From contig CDPCPM010000083.1 of the NCBI GenBank assembly GCA_976551045.1, positions 1,302,001 through 1,366,000 on the forward strand: DNA of 64,000 nucleotides. The letters are read 5' to 3'. Every line of letters starts with the position of its first letter. Within the stretch, counting starts at the first letter, position 1. A program made the position numbers and the translations under genes. The notes below the pieces were generated by a model, which had not been told where the DNA came from, ran no database searches, and saw only the letters and a list, made by a program, of their open reading frames with translations. Source of the stretch: Glaucostegus cemiculus (taxonomy: Eukaryota). Below, piece after piece: positions 47,941-60,907 of the stretch.

Positions 47941-50259
47941 TCAAGAACCTCTGATCAGTGCTTGTATCCAGCAGCAATGGGCAAGCATAGCTGATGCCAC
48001 AAAGGGTAAGTCATTTAATTACCCTCTTAGTAAGATGATAACTGACACACAAGGAGGTGCAGGAAGAGGAAGGGAGGGGAAGCAATAAGAAAGGTCAAAG
48101 CTGGGAGGTAAAAACACACTGAATAAATCAAAATACAACAGGCTGGGATCATTCACAAGGAAATATATTGACCTCAAAATGAGAAGAGACGTGAGAAGAG
48201 GCTGTGTGTTTAATGATCCTGAATTCTCAAAGTACCAAATGTCTGTTTAAGGAATTGCATGATGGCATTTAATCTCCAGACATGAACAGGGATGTAAAGA
48301 TAACAGAGCTCTTGATGTTGTCCTGATAATTAAGTCTGTCCCAAGAGCAGATGTCATGAGTGTCCCTGTTTGCTTGGATGTCCCCCATATGTGGGATAAG
48401 TGGGTATTCAGTTCCAATAAAGCAGCAATGTGCTCCGTCGTTGGCCATCCTTTTCAGAGTGACTCACAGGCTAATGTAAGCCTCCTAGCATCCAGAATTA
48501 ACTAAGGTGTTTCAGTGACGGAAAAGAAAGAAAAGATAGAAATGCTAGAAGAGGGAGAGAAAGGGAGAAGTAGGATCAGTGAGAACACAGGGGGAGAAAG
48601 AAAGAGGCACCCTGAAAGTAGGCATTGAAGGAAGTGAACAAGAAAGAAAGAGAAGTGACAGAGGGTAGGTAGAAGGGGCGTTTGGGGCAGCCTACTAACT
48701 AGCTCCACTACTTGAGGTATCACTTTAAAACCAACACGTTTGCAAAGTTCAGGACATGGTTCGCACAAGCAGACATAGGTAGTTCTCCTCTCTGGCTTGC
48801 TGCCATCCCCTGCTCAAAATTTATCAGCCAAATGGAGTCAAATGAAACCACTATGACAGCCTGATAAATATATCAAATGTACAAACAGGTACAATAAACA
48901 ACTCCACTGAAGCACAGAAGGTCAAACACAAATTCAGTTTCTGGGTCACATCAAACACTCTGGGCTAACTGCAGGGTGAGCTGTTGCCATTACACTAGAG
49001 GGAGGTTCAGTAGAGATCCTGAAGCTTGCAAATGGAGAGCCAGAGGGAGGTGGGTGTGGTGGGGAGAAGGGAGACCCAAAGCCAGAACGAGCTGGGCTTT
49101 TATTTCTCTCGTTTTTAACCAACAAGCAGAATTTACTTAGGACAAATATTGGAGATTTACTTTTAATATTTGTAGACTGGCTTAATTTATTTGTAGCTTT
49201 GGAAACGAAGTGGGGAGATGTGGTTGGGAGTGGTGGGGAGGTGTGGTATGAGGGGGATGGAGCAAGTCAGGCGAAAGCAATCTAATGCTCTCCAAAGGCC
49301 ACACACACCTCCCTGTAGGTGGTCACTACGTAATGATCAGGAGCTGCAAGTAGCCTGGTCAACTTTCCCCTCACTGATGCGATCACTGCGGCCAAAGCCA
49401 GCAGACATCGGGGCAATTAGAACTGAAACAAGCTGCTCCCTCATCAGAATGGACAGATAGTGGCATCTAACAAGTGGATCTCCAGAGAAACCTTGACCAA
49501 TTATTTCTTGAAATGGAAAGAAATGACCCTGGAGAATAATGGAAGATGCCACCACATGGACAGACCCCAATTCCCAAATTTGTAAGTGGACTGCTAAATG
49601 TATTCCATAGGGACGGAGGGAATTCATGTCTGACACTCTCCTACTGGTCATCTTTCTCTCCCACTGCTAGTGAGACCAGGATCTCAGCATGCACCCTACC
49701 TGGTAGAGGACGAGGTGCATTATTCATGAGGTGGGGATGGGGTGGGGTGGGGGGGAGATTGCTGACCCAAAACGATTAATGCCTTTGCCAGTACAACAAA
49801 GGCTGTGGCAACTCGCAGTCTCAGACACGTTTGAGCTTTCTGCCAATGCAATTAAACAAATCCAAACAGGCTTCCACAACTCCTCTCCCAACACCTTCAC
49901 TGGCCTCGAGACCAGGCCAAACCACTGCCACATTACCTGTGGTCAACAAGAGGCAAAGGTTCACCTTGATCATTTTTGTTTTCTGTCTACTGCAAAGGTA
50001 TCCTCAACTCAGAACGTCTTTCAAACAAAATCTTTCTGCTGGGCACCACAGAAAGAAACACCTCTCTTTGCCTAATTTGGGTCATGACCTTTTTACTTTG
50101 TGTCTTCACCTGGCAAAAACTTACTTTTAGTCTTTGATGCAGGAGGTTGAACTAATGAGGGAGATAGTTACAGGCACTTGGCTTAATACATTTTGAAAGC
50201 TTTGCAAGGGGAAGGAGGGGAGAAAGCAAAATAACGTCCAATATATTGGCTTCTCCTGT

Positions 50260-50610
50260 GCGAAATGGGGCCTTGGTAATGATCTCATCGATGAATACCT
50301 AATGTGCCAAATCGGAAACCATTCCACAGCCCCCGGCGTCTCAGGCAAGATTCCAAAATACGGCTCTCCGCAGATAAGCTGCAAGCTGCATGATCAGCCT
50401 TCCGAGGTGCATTGTTTCGGGAGAGGGAAACTGCCCAGCAGATGGCAGGTATAACAAAGCAGCTTGCAATGGCCAAAGCAATTATTTATCTAATTATGAT
50501 TTACCACTTAACCACATGATCTTTGCAGAGTTGTGGGCAATTAAAATCAGTGTGATTATGTGGATTATGCAAATTGGGCAGAGCAGAGCAATTAAATTTT
50601 AGAGCACACA
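50260..50610. promoter_or_regulatory. Candidate conserved enhancer with CTCF-, Pbx/Hox-, POU- and Sox-type motifs
   Basis: cattgtt at 50410, ccagcagatggcag at 50435-50448, taatta+tgatttac at 50491-50504, atgcaaat at 50567-50574; no recognisable repeats. Confidence 0.5.
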
Positions 50611-50834
50611 CATGCGAGCTGTCAGCGAGTGGGTCACAGAACCCAAGGGCCCCTTTGCTGGCACAGGGATGGCTGACCTGCTGTAGTGCGCCACTAGCAA
50701 GGACATCAATTATCATCCCTTCATCCTGATCCCCACTCGGCTGTCAAGCCTTTCAGTGGTGCCGCAGGGGAGTGCATCCAGAATGATAAGGAAAAGGAGA
50801 GAGGAGGGGAGAACAGAAAACAGGAACTGGCTGC

Positions 50835-50865
50835 ATGCATACACACTGACACAGATATATTCACA

Positions 50866-50910
<45 letters not shown>

Positions 50911-51092
50911 ACACAAACAAGTAGACACAGACACACACAGAAATGCACACTTGCACATATGCAGACACCAGAAGTGCACACACACTGACAAACACACGTG
51001 CACACATGCAGACACACACATGCAAAAACAGGTGCGCGAGCATACACACATGTTCGCATACTCACTCACTCACACTCACACACACACACACC
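50835..51092. repeat. (CA)n microsatellite with degenerate flanks
   Basis: Direct reading. Confidence 0.95.
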
Positions 51093-52006
51093 ATTCAGAG
51101 TGGCCCATGTAATTTCCCTGTTGATTAGCTGTGGGAGTGAGGGGGGGGGAGGTGAGATGGCAGATAGGGTCTTGAAGTCTTACCAGACTTATAACAACCC
51201 TACTGGAAATCATTCTAAGTGTGTGAAGCATCCATTTGCCTGGCTGTGGGATTATCTGATATGGTAACCTGCACTGCCATGATCATTTACAGTCCAGGTG
51301 ACAACAGACCTGCCTCATCTGATTTTCTTCCACCTGCTGTCTGCTCTTAAATACGATTCCTTTGACTGCTTTGATTATTTGATTATTGTTTGACAATTCC
51401 AGCGATTCTGAAAATACTCTCTCATTTTCTAGGCCACGAAAATGTGATGAGGGAATCATTTTGTAATGAGGTGTTTTGTAGGTGGAGTCAATAGCTGGTC
51501 TGGAGAAAGATATTTTCACACAGTCCCTCACTTGCCTTCTGCAATGCAAGTTGGATCATTGCAAATGTTTCTGTTAAAAGTAATATGAAATTCAAAGGTG
51601 CAAGGCTCTGGTGTGCCCTCATAAAGGTTTCAACTCCAGAGCAATTTTTAACAAGGCAAAACATGTTTCTTATTCGTCTAAACAAGTGGAGGGAGCTGAT
51701 GAGATACCGACTCTTCACCCATGAGACTTGCAGTGCCAGTCCAGCCCACCCCAGATAGGCAGGGTGCTGGCTGCAAGGTCTCCGTGTGAGCTACTATAAC
51801 CTAGGCCCTGGTGGGAACAGATCCACTGCACAAAACTCCTCCTGATTTGTTTAAGTCAATTTGTTCAAGGTCAAAGCCCCACTTCAGCAACAAACAAAAG
51901 AATTTGGCTGGCACCCATTAATGAGTCACTGCACTGTTGGGGGCAGCAGTCCTTCGGTGGTATATTAAACTGCCTGCCCAGCATGATGTACATGACCATG
52001 TGGTAT

Positions 52007-52150
52007 CACAGAGACACGAGAGAGAGACTGCAGATATTGGAAATCTGGAGCAACACACACTAAATGCTGGAGGAACTCGGTAGGTCAGGCAGCATCTATG
52101 GAGAGAAATGAACAGTTGACATTTCAGGCCGAGACCCTTCATCAGGGTAT
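52007..52150 (-). mobile_element. Penelope-derived repeat with intact hammerhead core boxes (sense to GSE1)
   Basis: Minus strand: CTGATGA-a-gggt-ctcg-gcct-GAAA-tg-tc-aactg...gatgctgcctgacctaccgagttcctccagc. Probable TSD accatgtggtat (51995-52006) / accatggggtat (52151-52162). Confidence 0.82.
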
Positions 52151-53079
52151 ACCATGGGGTATGTCAAGTATGAACAGGGGATCAATTCCTTGCAGTCAAG
52201 CCATAATTTACCCCTCAAGCAATGTTACAAAATGAGGTGGTTTGGTCATAATTGCTTTGTTGTTTGTGAAGTCTTGCTCAGTACAGAGCAGCTACAAATG
52301 TACTTCACTGCCCACAAAATGCTTTGGTAGACCATGAAAGGCAGTGCATAAATGAAAATCTTTCTCCATTAGCTCATCTCTCTGAAGATCTTGGTCTTGA
52401 GGAGGGAGCCCCATTCCAATTGCTATCCATTGTCAAAATGTGCATGCCCAGGCAGAATGGGTGTGATGCTTTCCATGGCCCAAGAGCTTTCAGATAATCG
52501 TGACTACATGTGTATGATCACTATGACATCATAGTGATGTCTTGAGCTAACTAGCATTGCCTTAAGTTTACAGAGACTGCAGTCAAATCTCTCCCCACAT
52601 TCAACTGGTGTCCATGTACCAAAGGCAGCAAATTCTGAATAGGCCCTCATAAAAGTGAAGCTGCCGAAACGCAGGAGTTTTCTCGTTGCTGTTTTCGACA
52701 CCCCATCTCCCTGCTGTGGACTGGCCTCGATGCCAATGGTCTACTATCACAGCCTGGGCTCCACTCCACCCTGGCTACTCTGACTCGAGGTAGGGGCATT
52801 CCCCAAAATGAGAACCTGCTGGAGTCTCCATCGGAAGAGAAGGAAAGCTGAGAGGGAGGATCGGGAGCGGGTGGAGAGATTCTGAAAGCCACAAATTACA
52901 GGAAAAAGGGTGACATTTCCTTCCCCAAATCTGAAGTGTGAAATTTATAGAGGAATTAAGCCCCATCATTTAGTGAAATAAGCAACAAAAACACCAAAGT
53001 GAAGGTGGGGGTGGTGAGGAAATGAAAAACACCCTTCACTAAGCAAATACAAATGACCAAATAATCAGCATGGACAATG

Positions 53080-53620
53080 GAGATAATGAAGTTTTCATAT
53101 TATTGATTGTTCTGGTGACTTGTGCCTCTCATTATCGGAATAGTATGTGTTTATTGTGCCGTTTCAGCCAGCCGAATCCTTTTCCTTTTTAAAACGATAA
53201 GCCCACTAGCACTGACTCAATCAATTCAGGCTTAATGCACTGCACGAGCCTGCAGATGGTACCAGTAGGCAGGCTGGGTTTATCTCGGGGTAAGGGACAA
53301 ACACTGGCAGCGCTGCAGATTTTCTGCGTGCATTTTGATTTTGCTAATAATCAGGCCATCTGCTAGCAATCGATTGCCCGCGCTGCTCTTGTCATCCGCC
53401 ATCCGGCAAGACGTCGCCTGGATCTCGAGCGGATCAGTCTGGACCCGTCTCCTGCTGCCAGGCCCAGAGCTCTTCCCAAAATCCAGCAATTCTGCTCCTT
53501 CCCCTCGGCCACAATCTCTGTCCTTTCTTAATTCGCCTTCTCGCAAAGCTGCATAAAATTCAGGTGGGGGGGAGGGAGAGAGGGCTGCAGCACAAGGCAG
53601 ATTTTGCACGATGCACATGA
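53080..53620. promoter_or_regulatory. CpG-enriched candidate conserved element or alternative promoter region
   Basis: Visibly elevated CpG at 53280-53550, no recognisable repeats, palindrome gcaatcgattgc, E-box ccatctg. Inference only. Confidence 0.4.
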
Positions 53621-53819
53621 ACACAGAAAAAAAAACTAGGCACAGATGTGGCAGACATCACCATTAACTGGAGTCAAGGCATTCATGCTCAGTCATTAAT
53701 CATTTCTGTAAGGGAGGGTGCTTTGCACTTCAGAACAGGCATTCAAAGGTCCCGATAGTGATGAGATGGAGGCTGGGGAGAAAAGTGCCTCTCAAGTGAA
53801 GCCAGAGGGTCACCACTGA

Positions 53820-53952
53820 TAAAGTCATTGGGTCATACAGCACGGAAACAGCCCTTTTGGCCCAAATGGTCCACGTCAATGCAGATTCCCATCTACGCTG
53901 GTCCCATTTGCTCGTGTTTGGCCCATATCCCTCTAAGCCTTTCCTATCCATG
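53820..53952 (-). mobile_element. CR1 3' tail
   Basis: tcatacagcacggaaacagcccttttggccc...ccctctaagcctttcctatccatg. Confidence 0.8.
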
Positions 53953-53994
53953 ATCTACCACTGCTGCAGCCAACTGCTGACAGTCTCCACTGAA

Positions 53995-54312
53995 CAGTTC
54001 ATGGAAAAAGGCCTTTCCACCCACTGAGTCCGTGCTGACCACCAAGCACCCATTTACACTAACTCTACACTAACCCCATTTTATTCTCTCCACATTCCCT
54101 TCAACTCCCCCCAGATTCTACCGCTCACCCACAGACAGTTTATTATATCATTAACCTGTCAACCTGCACATTTTTGGGATGTGAGAGGAAACCAGAGCAG
54201 CCACAGGAAACCTACGTGGTCACGGGGAGAGCGTGTAAACTCCACACAGACAGCACCAGAAGTCAGGATTGAACCTGGCTCACTGGAGCTGTGTGTTAGT
54301 GATACCACTGTG
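53995..54312 (-). mobile_element. HE1-like V-SINE (CR1-type tail)
   Basis: ggaaaccagagc...ggaaacctacgtggtcacggggagagcgtgtaaactccacacagacagcacc...ggattgaacc. Confidence 0.82.
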
Positions 54313-55409
54313 TCTTGGCCCTGTGCAAAGGATGCGTGGTACCAATGACCCAAACAGGGAAAACAGAACACTACCTCCATTTTGGGAACCCAAAAAAATA
54401 AGATAATTAAACTTTTGAGTTAATTCCTGGGTCTAGCTGTTGACATGTCTGATTTTGCCCCATTAGCCATGGTTAACACTAAATATGCTATGTTGTAATG
54501 GCAGATATGTGGCCCATGAGTAGAATCAGGCACAGCAGGGATAGGGAGGTGAGGGCCGTGTTGTCAAGGGTTTGGTGTGTTGGGAAATGCTTGGGCAGTA
54601 CAACTCTCTCTCCCCAGTAAGATAAGTTACAACAGGCAACACTTAAGGATGGGGTGGGATAGTGTCAAGATTTCAAGTGCATTAGTCAGAGGAATGGGAT
54701 TTGAACATGCCCAGCAGTCAAAAGTCTAATATTGTGGTAGTGCAGTCAGTGGGTTAGTCCCACAGATCACTCATGTTCAATTATTTACTGCAATAGAGAC
54801 AGCCAGTGCCCTCTCCTTAGGCGATGGCGTCGCCAGTAAACCACTAGTGGTGAGCTGTGGTGTGGTACATCATTACTAGATTGGCGAGACAGAAAAAAAA
54901 ATCTGGATGTACTTCCATTCCAAGTGACAACAAAGGCTTCATTCCAGGACATAAATCACAATCAGATGAGAGCTTCTCAACGACTGCGCAGACGTGCCGT
55001 GTTCTACTTACAACGTTGCCTATGGTAATCTTCTGCCATCAGTGAAGATTATTAAAATTCACTGTATATTTAATCTGCTTGTCTGAATTAATTGAATTTT
55101 TAAACTCGGTAATTGTCTGCATTTGCACCACTCCAATCATGAGCTCATGACAATTTAATGACAAAACAGAGGACCAACCACAGAGCCATCATAACCAGAA
55201 TCAATTATGTATCATGGGTAAAATATTACACCACCATAGGCAACGTAAAGAACTCTATCCAGGCAAAAGAAGTCTAATTTTTGTTGGTTCTCACTCACTT
55301 TGTTCTTTATGGAAGGCAGGCCAGTGAGTGCTTGTGCCTTATAATAAAAGTCCGCTAATCCTCAGCGATAATCCCACTTAAATGTTCACACAACCCCACC
55401 CCAGAGTTT

Positions 55410-55840
55410 CATGGGTTGTGGGCCAAACGCTTACTGCCCATCCCTAACTGGCGTTGACAAGGTTGTGCTGAGTAGCCATCACGAATCACTGTAGTCCTCC
55501 TGGTGAAAGTTAGGGAGTCCCAGGATTGAGATCCAGGGATGATGAAGGGATGGCGACAGATTTTCAAGTGGTGTTTGGTTGGAGAGGAAACTAATAATTG
55601 ATGGTCTTCATGTCTTGGCTGCCCTTGTCCTTCAAGATAGAAGAGAATATCGCTTATTGTTGAGATGCTGGATATCTCGCACATGATTCAAAAGACACCC
55701 GTAGTACCCTATTGGTAGACGGGTGAATGTTTAAGCTGCCAATCAATTGGCTGCTTTGCCCTGGATGACACTGAGCTTCTTGGGTTTTGGGGTTACACTT
55801 GTCCAGCCAAGTGGAGAGTATTCCACTGCACTCCTGATGA
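55410..55840 (-). mobile_element. CR1-group LINE family B 3' fragment
   Basis: Colinear with 59150-59650; ends in tgcccatccctaactg. Confidence 0.65.
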
Positions 55841-56139
55841 ACCCATTGTTCAGCAAGTTGAGAGCTTATCTTGATTCTCATTGACCTGGATTTTATCAGG
55901 GCTCTTTCATGCCACACTTAATCAGTTGCTGGCTTAATAATAAGGGCAATCACTATTACCTCATAATTAGAATTCAACTCTTTAGTCCACATTTATTATC
56001 AAGGCTCTAATGATGTCTGGAGTTAAGTGGCATTGGGGTTAAACTAATCTAGGCGCCAGTGACTATCTGTACATCCACAATTTTGTCCACCCAAAGGAAG
56101 ATCCCGACTATTTTAACTACTGGGAAGATTAAACTCACA

Positions 56140-56660
56140 AATAATGAGAATGCTGAAAATATTCAGTTGATCAGGCATCGAGCTGCAGAGGGAAAACAGA
56201 GTCAATGTTTCAGGTCCAACTGCTGTCCATTTTATAGATGGTACACATGGTGCCCCGTTGCTAGAATGCCTGTGTGCTTAAGGTACTAGAAGGCATATCA
56301 ATCCAGTGTACTGGTGAAAATTACTTGACCTGAAACATTAACTTCCTTTCTCTCTACACAGATGCTGCTTGACCTGCTGAGTATTTCTGGCATTTTATGC
56401 TTTTACTTCATGTTTCCAGCATGTAAAGTATTCTGCTTTGACATCAGTGATTGCTTTGCAGGTCACAGTCATTCAATCTGCAACTGTGACCCTGACTTTC
56501 TGGTCACCTATCATTTAATTCTCCACTCCTACTCTGGCATTGTTGTCCTCGCATCCAAAGCTGTTCCGAGAAAGCTCGAAGCAGGTTCAAGGAAAAGCAC
56601 TTCATCTTTTGATCAGACATTTCCCAACAGTAAGATCAACAATTTCACATCTTCCTAGCT
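56140..56660. mobile_element. Decayed Penelope-like element: inverted terminal-repeat pieces plus GIY-YIG endonuclease C-terminal remnant
   Basis: Terminal repeat inverted at 56145-56215 and forward at 56320-56440, followed by DCFAGHSHSICNCDPDFLVTYHL and, in another frame, ARSRFKEKHFIF. These resemble the recalled PLE motif DRFxEHLRSVxxxDxxLPVAxHFN...RKLEEQHLIFRL. Confidence 0.6.
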
Positions 56661-57334
56661 TTGCTTCCTTTATCCTGGGCAGCAGCTGTTGGCATTTTCA
56701 CCTCTTCTGAAACCATTTTTTGTTTCTTTACTCTCTCCATTATCTCCTCCTTTTGCCTTGAGTCATCTTAAAATGCCCCTCCCATTTTTCAGTCAACAGT
56801 AATATTTATTTCCATTTTGGCCGTTCTCTCAAAAATGCAGCTACTAAGTGTTGGGCAAATGTGGTAGTTGGCCACGTGTATTAGCATGATCCCTCAGCTT
56901 GGTCCCTGCCCCATTACCTCCCTAAGGCAGGAGGGCAATCATGGTGCGGAGGAAGCTGCTACATCCACACAGTGGATTGGGAACAATGGTTCCCACCCCC
57001 CCGTCCCTTTATAGCAACCCCCCCCCCCCCAGTGAGAACTGCAACTTTTATCAGTTTTGTACATGGATGAGACCAAGATCAGCTGTAATGGCTGCTGCAC
57101 ACATATTGCTGATAAGTCCTCAACAGGAATGAAGAATAAGTCATTCGAAAACCTTTGAGGGTGTTTGATATGTCAGCTCCTCCAGAAGAGGAGAAAAAAA
57201 AACTGATGGTGCAAGGAATCAAAGATTTAATTAACCATCCAGTTATGACAATTTAACTTTGCTGGGCCACAGTGAAGTGAAGCTCAGCCATAGAGCCTAC
57301 TCAGCAGAGTTTAAATTATAAGCATCATAAAAAT

Positions 57335-57495
57335 GGAAAATGCTGGAAACACTTGGCAGGTCAGGGTCCCTCAGGTATAATGAAGAGTCTCACGACTGTC
57401 TGTGTCCCTTTTCACAGATACTGCCTGACCTGCTGAGGGTTTCTAGCATTTCCTGTTTTTGTTTCAGATTTCTAATAGCTGCAGTTTTGTTTTCA
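57335..57495. mobile_element. Palindromic Penelope-derived mini-element (degenerate)
   Basis: aaatgctggaaacacttggcaggtcagg ... cctgacctgctgagggtttctagcattt. Confidence 0.7.
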
Positions 57496-59149
57496 TTTTT
57501 AACTCTTCCCCTTCAGCTCCTTTTCCAGCTCTTCTTCAATCACACCCCTACTACCTATCTCAATCAGTAGGATCAAATTATTAAGCATAAAGACCAATGG
57601 GCACAGTCCATGCTAGAGGTAAATGCTGAGAGCAATAAACTATGTTACACGTGCCCCTTCTATAAAAGGCTTCCCCATCCCAAGGACAAGGCAAAAAGAC
57701 TTTAAGAGTAACCTTCAAAAATGGATCTCCGATCAGCTCCAAATGCATTGGCCATTGAGTGCTGTTATATCTAATCAGCAACCTTACAACAAAATGGAAC
57801 TACTCCTCCAGCATCTATTTTGGCTCCAATAATAGGTATAGCCACCTGAATGGGAAATCTAATCTCCCTCACAAAACTGCCTTGCAAGGGATTCCACTGG
57901 CATTTTAAAAATAGCTCATTAATCCATGTCAGATCAATTAGTCCATACAAGCTGTCAACCCTGGTTTCTTTTTCACCCTCCTTACTGTGTTTTGTTTTAT
58001 GCTCAGCTTAAAGAGGATCTGCGTTGCCAACACTAAGGCCTGCCTCACCAACGTGCCTCATCACTGTGCTCAAATGGAAGGGAATTGGCAAATACATCCC
58101 AACTCCCCTCACACTGTGCTCAAATTAACGGACTCCACAGAAAGCAGGTACAAAAGGAGGCTGCGGTCCTTTGCGTGCACAGTGTGTTGATCTGCTAATA
58201 AAAGTTTTAACAGGCTACTTCATAAAAAGCATCAGGCTACCAAAGCAACATTGTACTATAAATGTTTAAAGTGCAGTAACAGCCCTCTGTCAAGGCTTTC
58301 TAGGCAGTGCACAGTGTGTAAGGCTAATAAACACTTCGGGCTGACTATACTCATCAGTTTTAGGGACATATGTTGCTGCTGTTATCGGTGTCATTACACA
58401 GCAGTAAAGTGTAAAAATTGATTACAATGGCATTTATCCCTGTCCACCGACAGATGCTATGAAACCCAGGGAAGGGAGAATGAACATCTGGTCAACCTGC
58501 CTTCTACGCAGGTGTTGAGCAAACAAGAGCCCTACCCTTCCTCTTGCCCTGCCAGATTATTTCAACGGATTAACCCCTTAACAGAAACACCCTGCCTCGT
58601 TCCTGAAGGATTACAACCTTATAAAATAGTGCACTCCCATTTCTCTCAGTAACAGGCAGGATTCATGCTTATCACCAATAATAACAGGTACCACAATAAT
58701 TTGCAATGAGATTCTCTTACGTTGAAGAAACAAGACCAGAACTTAATATACATTTCAACCACACTTGCTTGGAACTGTTTCGGATAAAACCCAGCCTTGC
58801 AAAACAAGCTGCAACAAGCCTCCAGACAATCATTCACAAGAGAAGTCCCGACCGGGTTAATACGTAAGATGTGAATTCTACTGTTTCTTCCTTCTGATGA
58901 AGCCTCTCTATCTTCCCCTTGAGTTCCAGATCTCAGAGATTTTAACTGTAAGGTTAGACTGGAGAAGCTGGGGCTGGATCGAAGATGGTTGAGAGGTGAT
59001 CTGGTAGAGGTCCAGGTGGAATAGAAAAAGGGAAATTATTCCCATTAAGGGACTGTTCAAAGAACAGGAGGCAGAGACTTAGAATTTTGGGCAAAATTAC
59101 ATGGAGGATGCAAGGAAAATATTTAGTTGTTCGCTTTTTGGGACTGGGG

Positions 59150-60200
59150 CAAAGCTAGAGTTTGTTATTCATCCATAACTACCCGTGAGATGATGGCCAG
59201 CCACGTTGAAGTGCTGTGGTCCTTCTGGTGAAGGTGCTCTCACAGTAGTGTTGGGGAGGGAGTTCCAGGACTTAAATCCAGTGTCCATGAAGGACCAGTG
59301 ATATATTTCCAGGTCAGGGTAGTATGCAACTTGGAGGGCAGCCTGCGGGTGGAGGGGGTGGTCCCGCGTGCCCGCTGCTCTCGCGCTTCTTGCCGCTAGA
59401 GGTTGCGGGTTCAGAAGACGCAGCCAGAAGTTGGGGGTTCAGAAGATGCCGTCAGAGGAGCCTTGGTGAATTAAGTGTGGTGCATTTTGTACACACTGCG
59501 GCCACTGTGTGCTGGTGGTTGGAAAAGTAACGTTTAAGATGGCTAATGGGGTGTCAGTCAAGCAGGCTACTGTAACCCTGGATGGTGTCGAGCTTCTTCA
59601 GAGTTGTCAGATCGGCACTCATCCAGGCTACTAGAAGGCATTCACTACACTCTAGACTTGTGGCTTTAGATGGTTGAGGGGACTGAGGGTGTCTGGAGGT
59701 AAGTCACTTGCTACAGGATACCCAGCCTCTGACTTGTTCTTGGAGCCATAGTATTTACATGGTTGCTCCAACCGAATTTCTGGACAATGGTGACCCCTGG
59801 ATGTTGAAGTTGGAGGACCCAGTGATGGCAATGCAGTCACTATAAGAGTTGGTGGCTCAACAGTCTCATTTTGGGGATGATCATTCGTGCCACAACAGTG
59901 ACAGACAATGTTAATTGCCATTGATTAACCCATGCATGATTGTAGGCATGGACTGCGTTCACTTGCTGAGGATCTGTGAATGGAATTGAACATTGTGCAA
60001 TTGTCAATGAACTTCCTCACTTCTGACCTTACTAAGGGAGGAGGGTAGTTGATGAGGCAGTGAAGATGGTTGAAGCAAGGACACTGCCCTAAGGAACTGC
60101 TGCAATGATATCCTGCCACTGAGATGATTGACTTCCATTAACCACACCCATCTTCCGTTGTACATGTTATGGCTCCAATGATGAAGTACTTCATTTTTTG
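59150..60200 (-). mobile_element. CR1-group LINE family B fragment including RT remnant
   Basis: ORF 59925-60119 CLINYPPPLVRSEVRKFIDNCTMFNSI resembles the RT motif FINDLP.....V.MFADD; 3' part shared with the 30265 and 55410 copies. Confidence 0.7.
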
Positions 60201-60907
60201 GCGCAGCAAACCCCAAATTCACTGCTTTGTTATGGCAATGGAAACAGAATCAGTCCGTGCCTTCAAAAGGAATCTGGATAGGCAGTGAAGTGATGATGAT
60301 TTGCAGGGCTCTGGGGAAGAAGTGGGAAGAATGGGACTGGCGGACTGCTCTACAAGGAATTGGCAGAGACTCTATGGGCCGAATGGCTACCATCTGTGCT
60401 CTAAATAATCTACGATTCTAGCTTTCTCTGGAACTTTTGCCCAGAAGTACTTGTCAGTTCCAAGCCTCTTCTGCAAAGGCTTTCCTGGCTCGTCGGGTCA
60501 GTCGCTGGTACCTTGCCCAAGCAGCCATGCTTCAAAATGTGAGCTATACAACAGCAAAGAAAGGATTTCGCTCTGAAAAACAGGTGCACATTTGCATCCT
60601 GCACCCGTCAGACTTGCAGCAGAAACACACGTTTTAATTGGGCTGTGGATTAGCCTTGGCTGCGGTGAGGGTGCCATTATGTTGCACGGAAAAGAATAAA
60701 TTTAGCAAGTGTTTATCGTATTAATCACAGTGCAACTGCTGGGGATGAGCAATGTGCATACTGGCTAATGTGGCAGATTTGGGTCTGAAAACACATGCGA
60801 GTCTTTAAGCAATGGGAAGGCGTTCAACATATATGAAAATAATCAAGGTGAGGGAGGTCATTAAAAGAAAGTATTGCTGAACTGGGTAAGCAGATGATAC
60901 ATGGGGT

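Noticed and set aside
50713-51267. Cys/Val- or His/Thr-rich ORFs, also at 2705-3278, 15928-16218 and 33472-33829
   Set aside because: Translations of (CA)n microsatellites or of the N gap.
53280-53624. 114-aa minus-strand ORF (and 52647-52892) as GSE1 coding exons
   Set aside because: No recognisable similarity to GSE1 and no convincing phase-1 donor; open frames are expected in GC-richer sequence.
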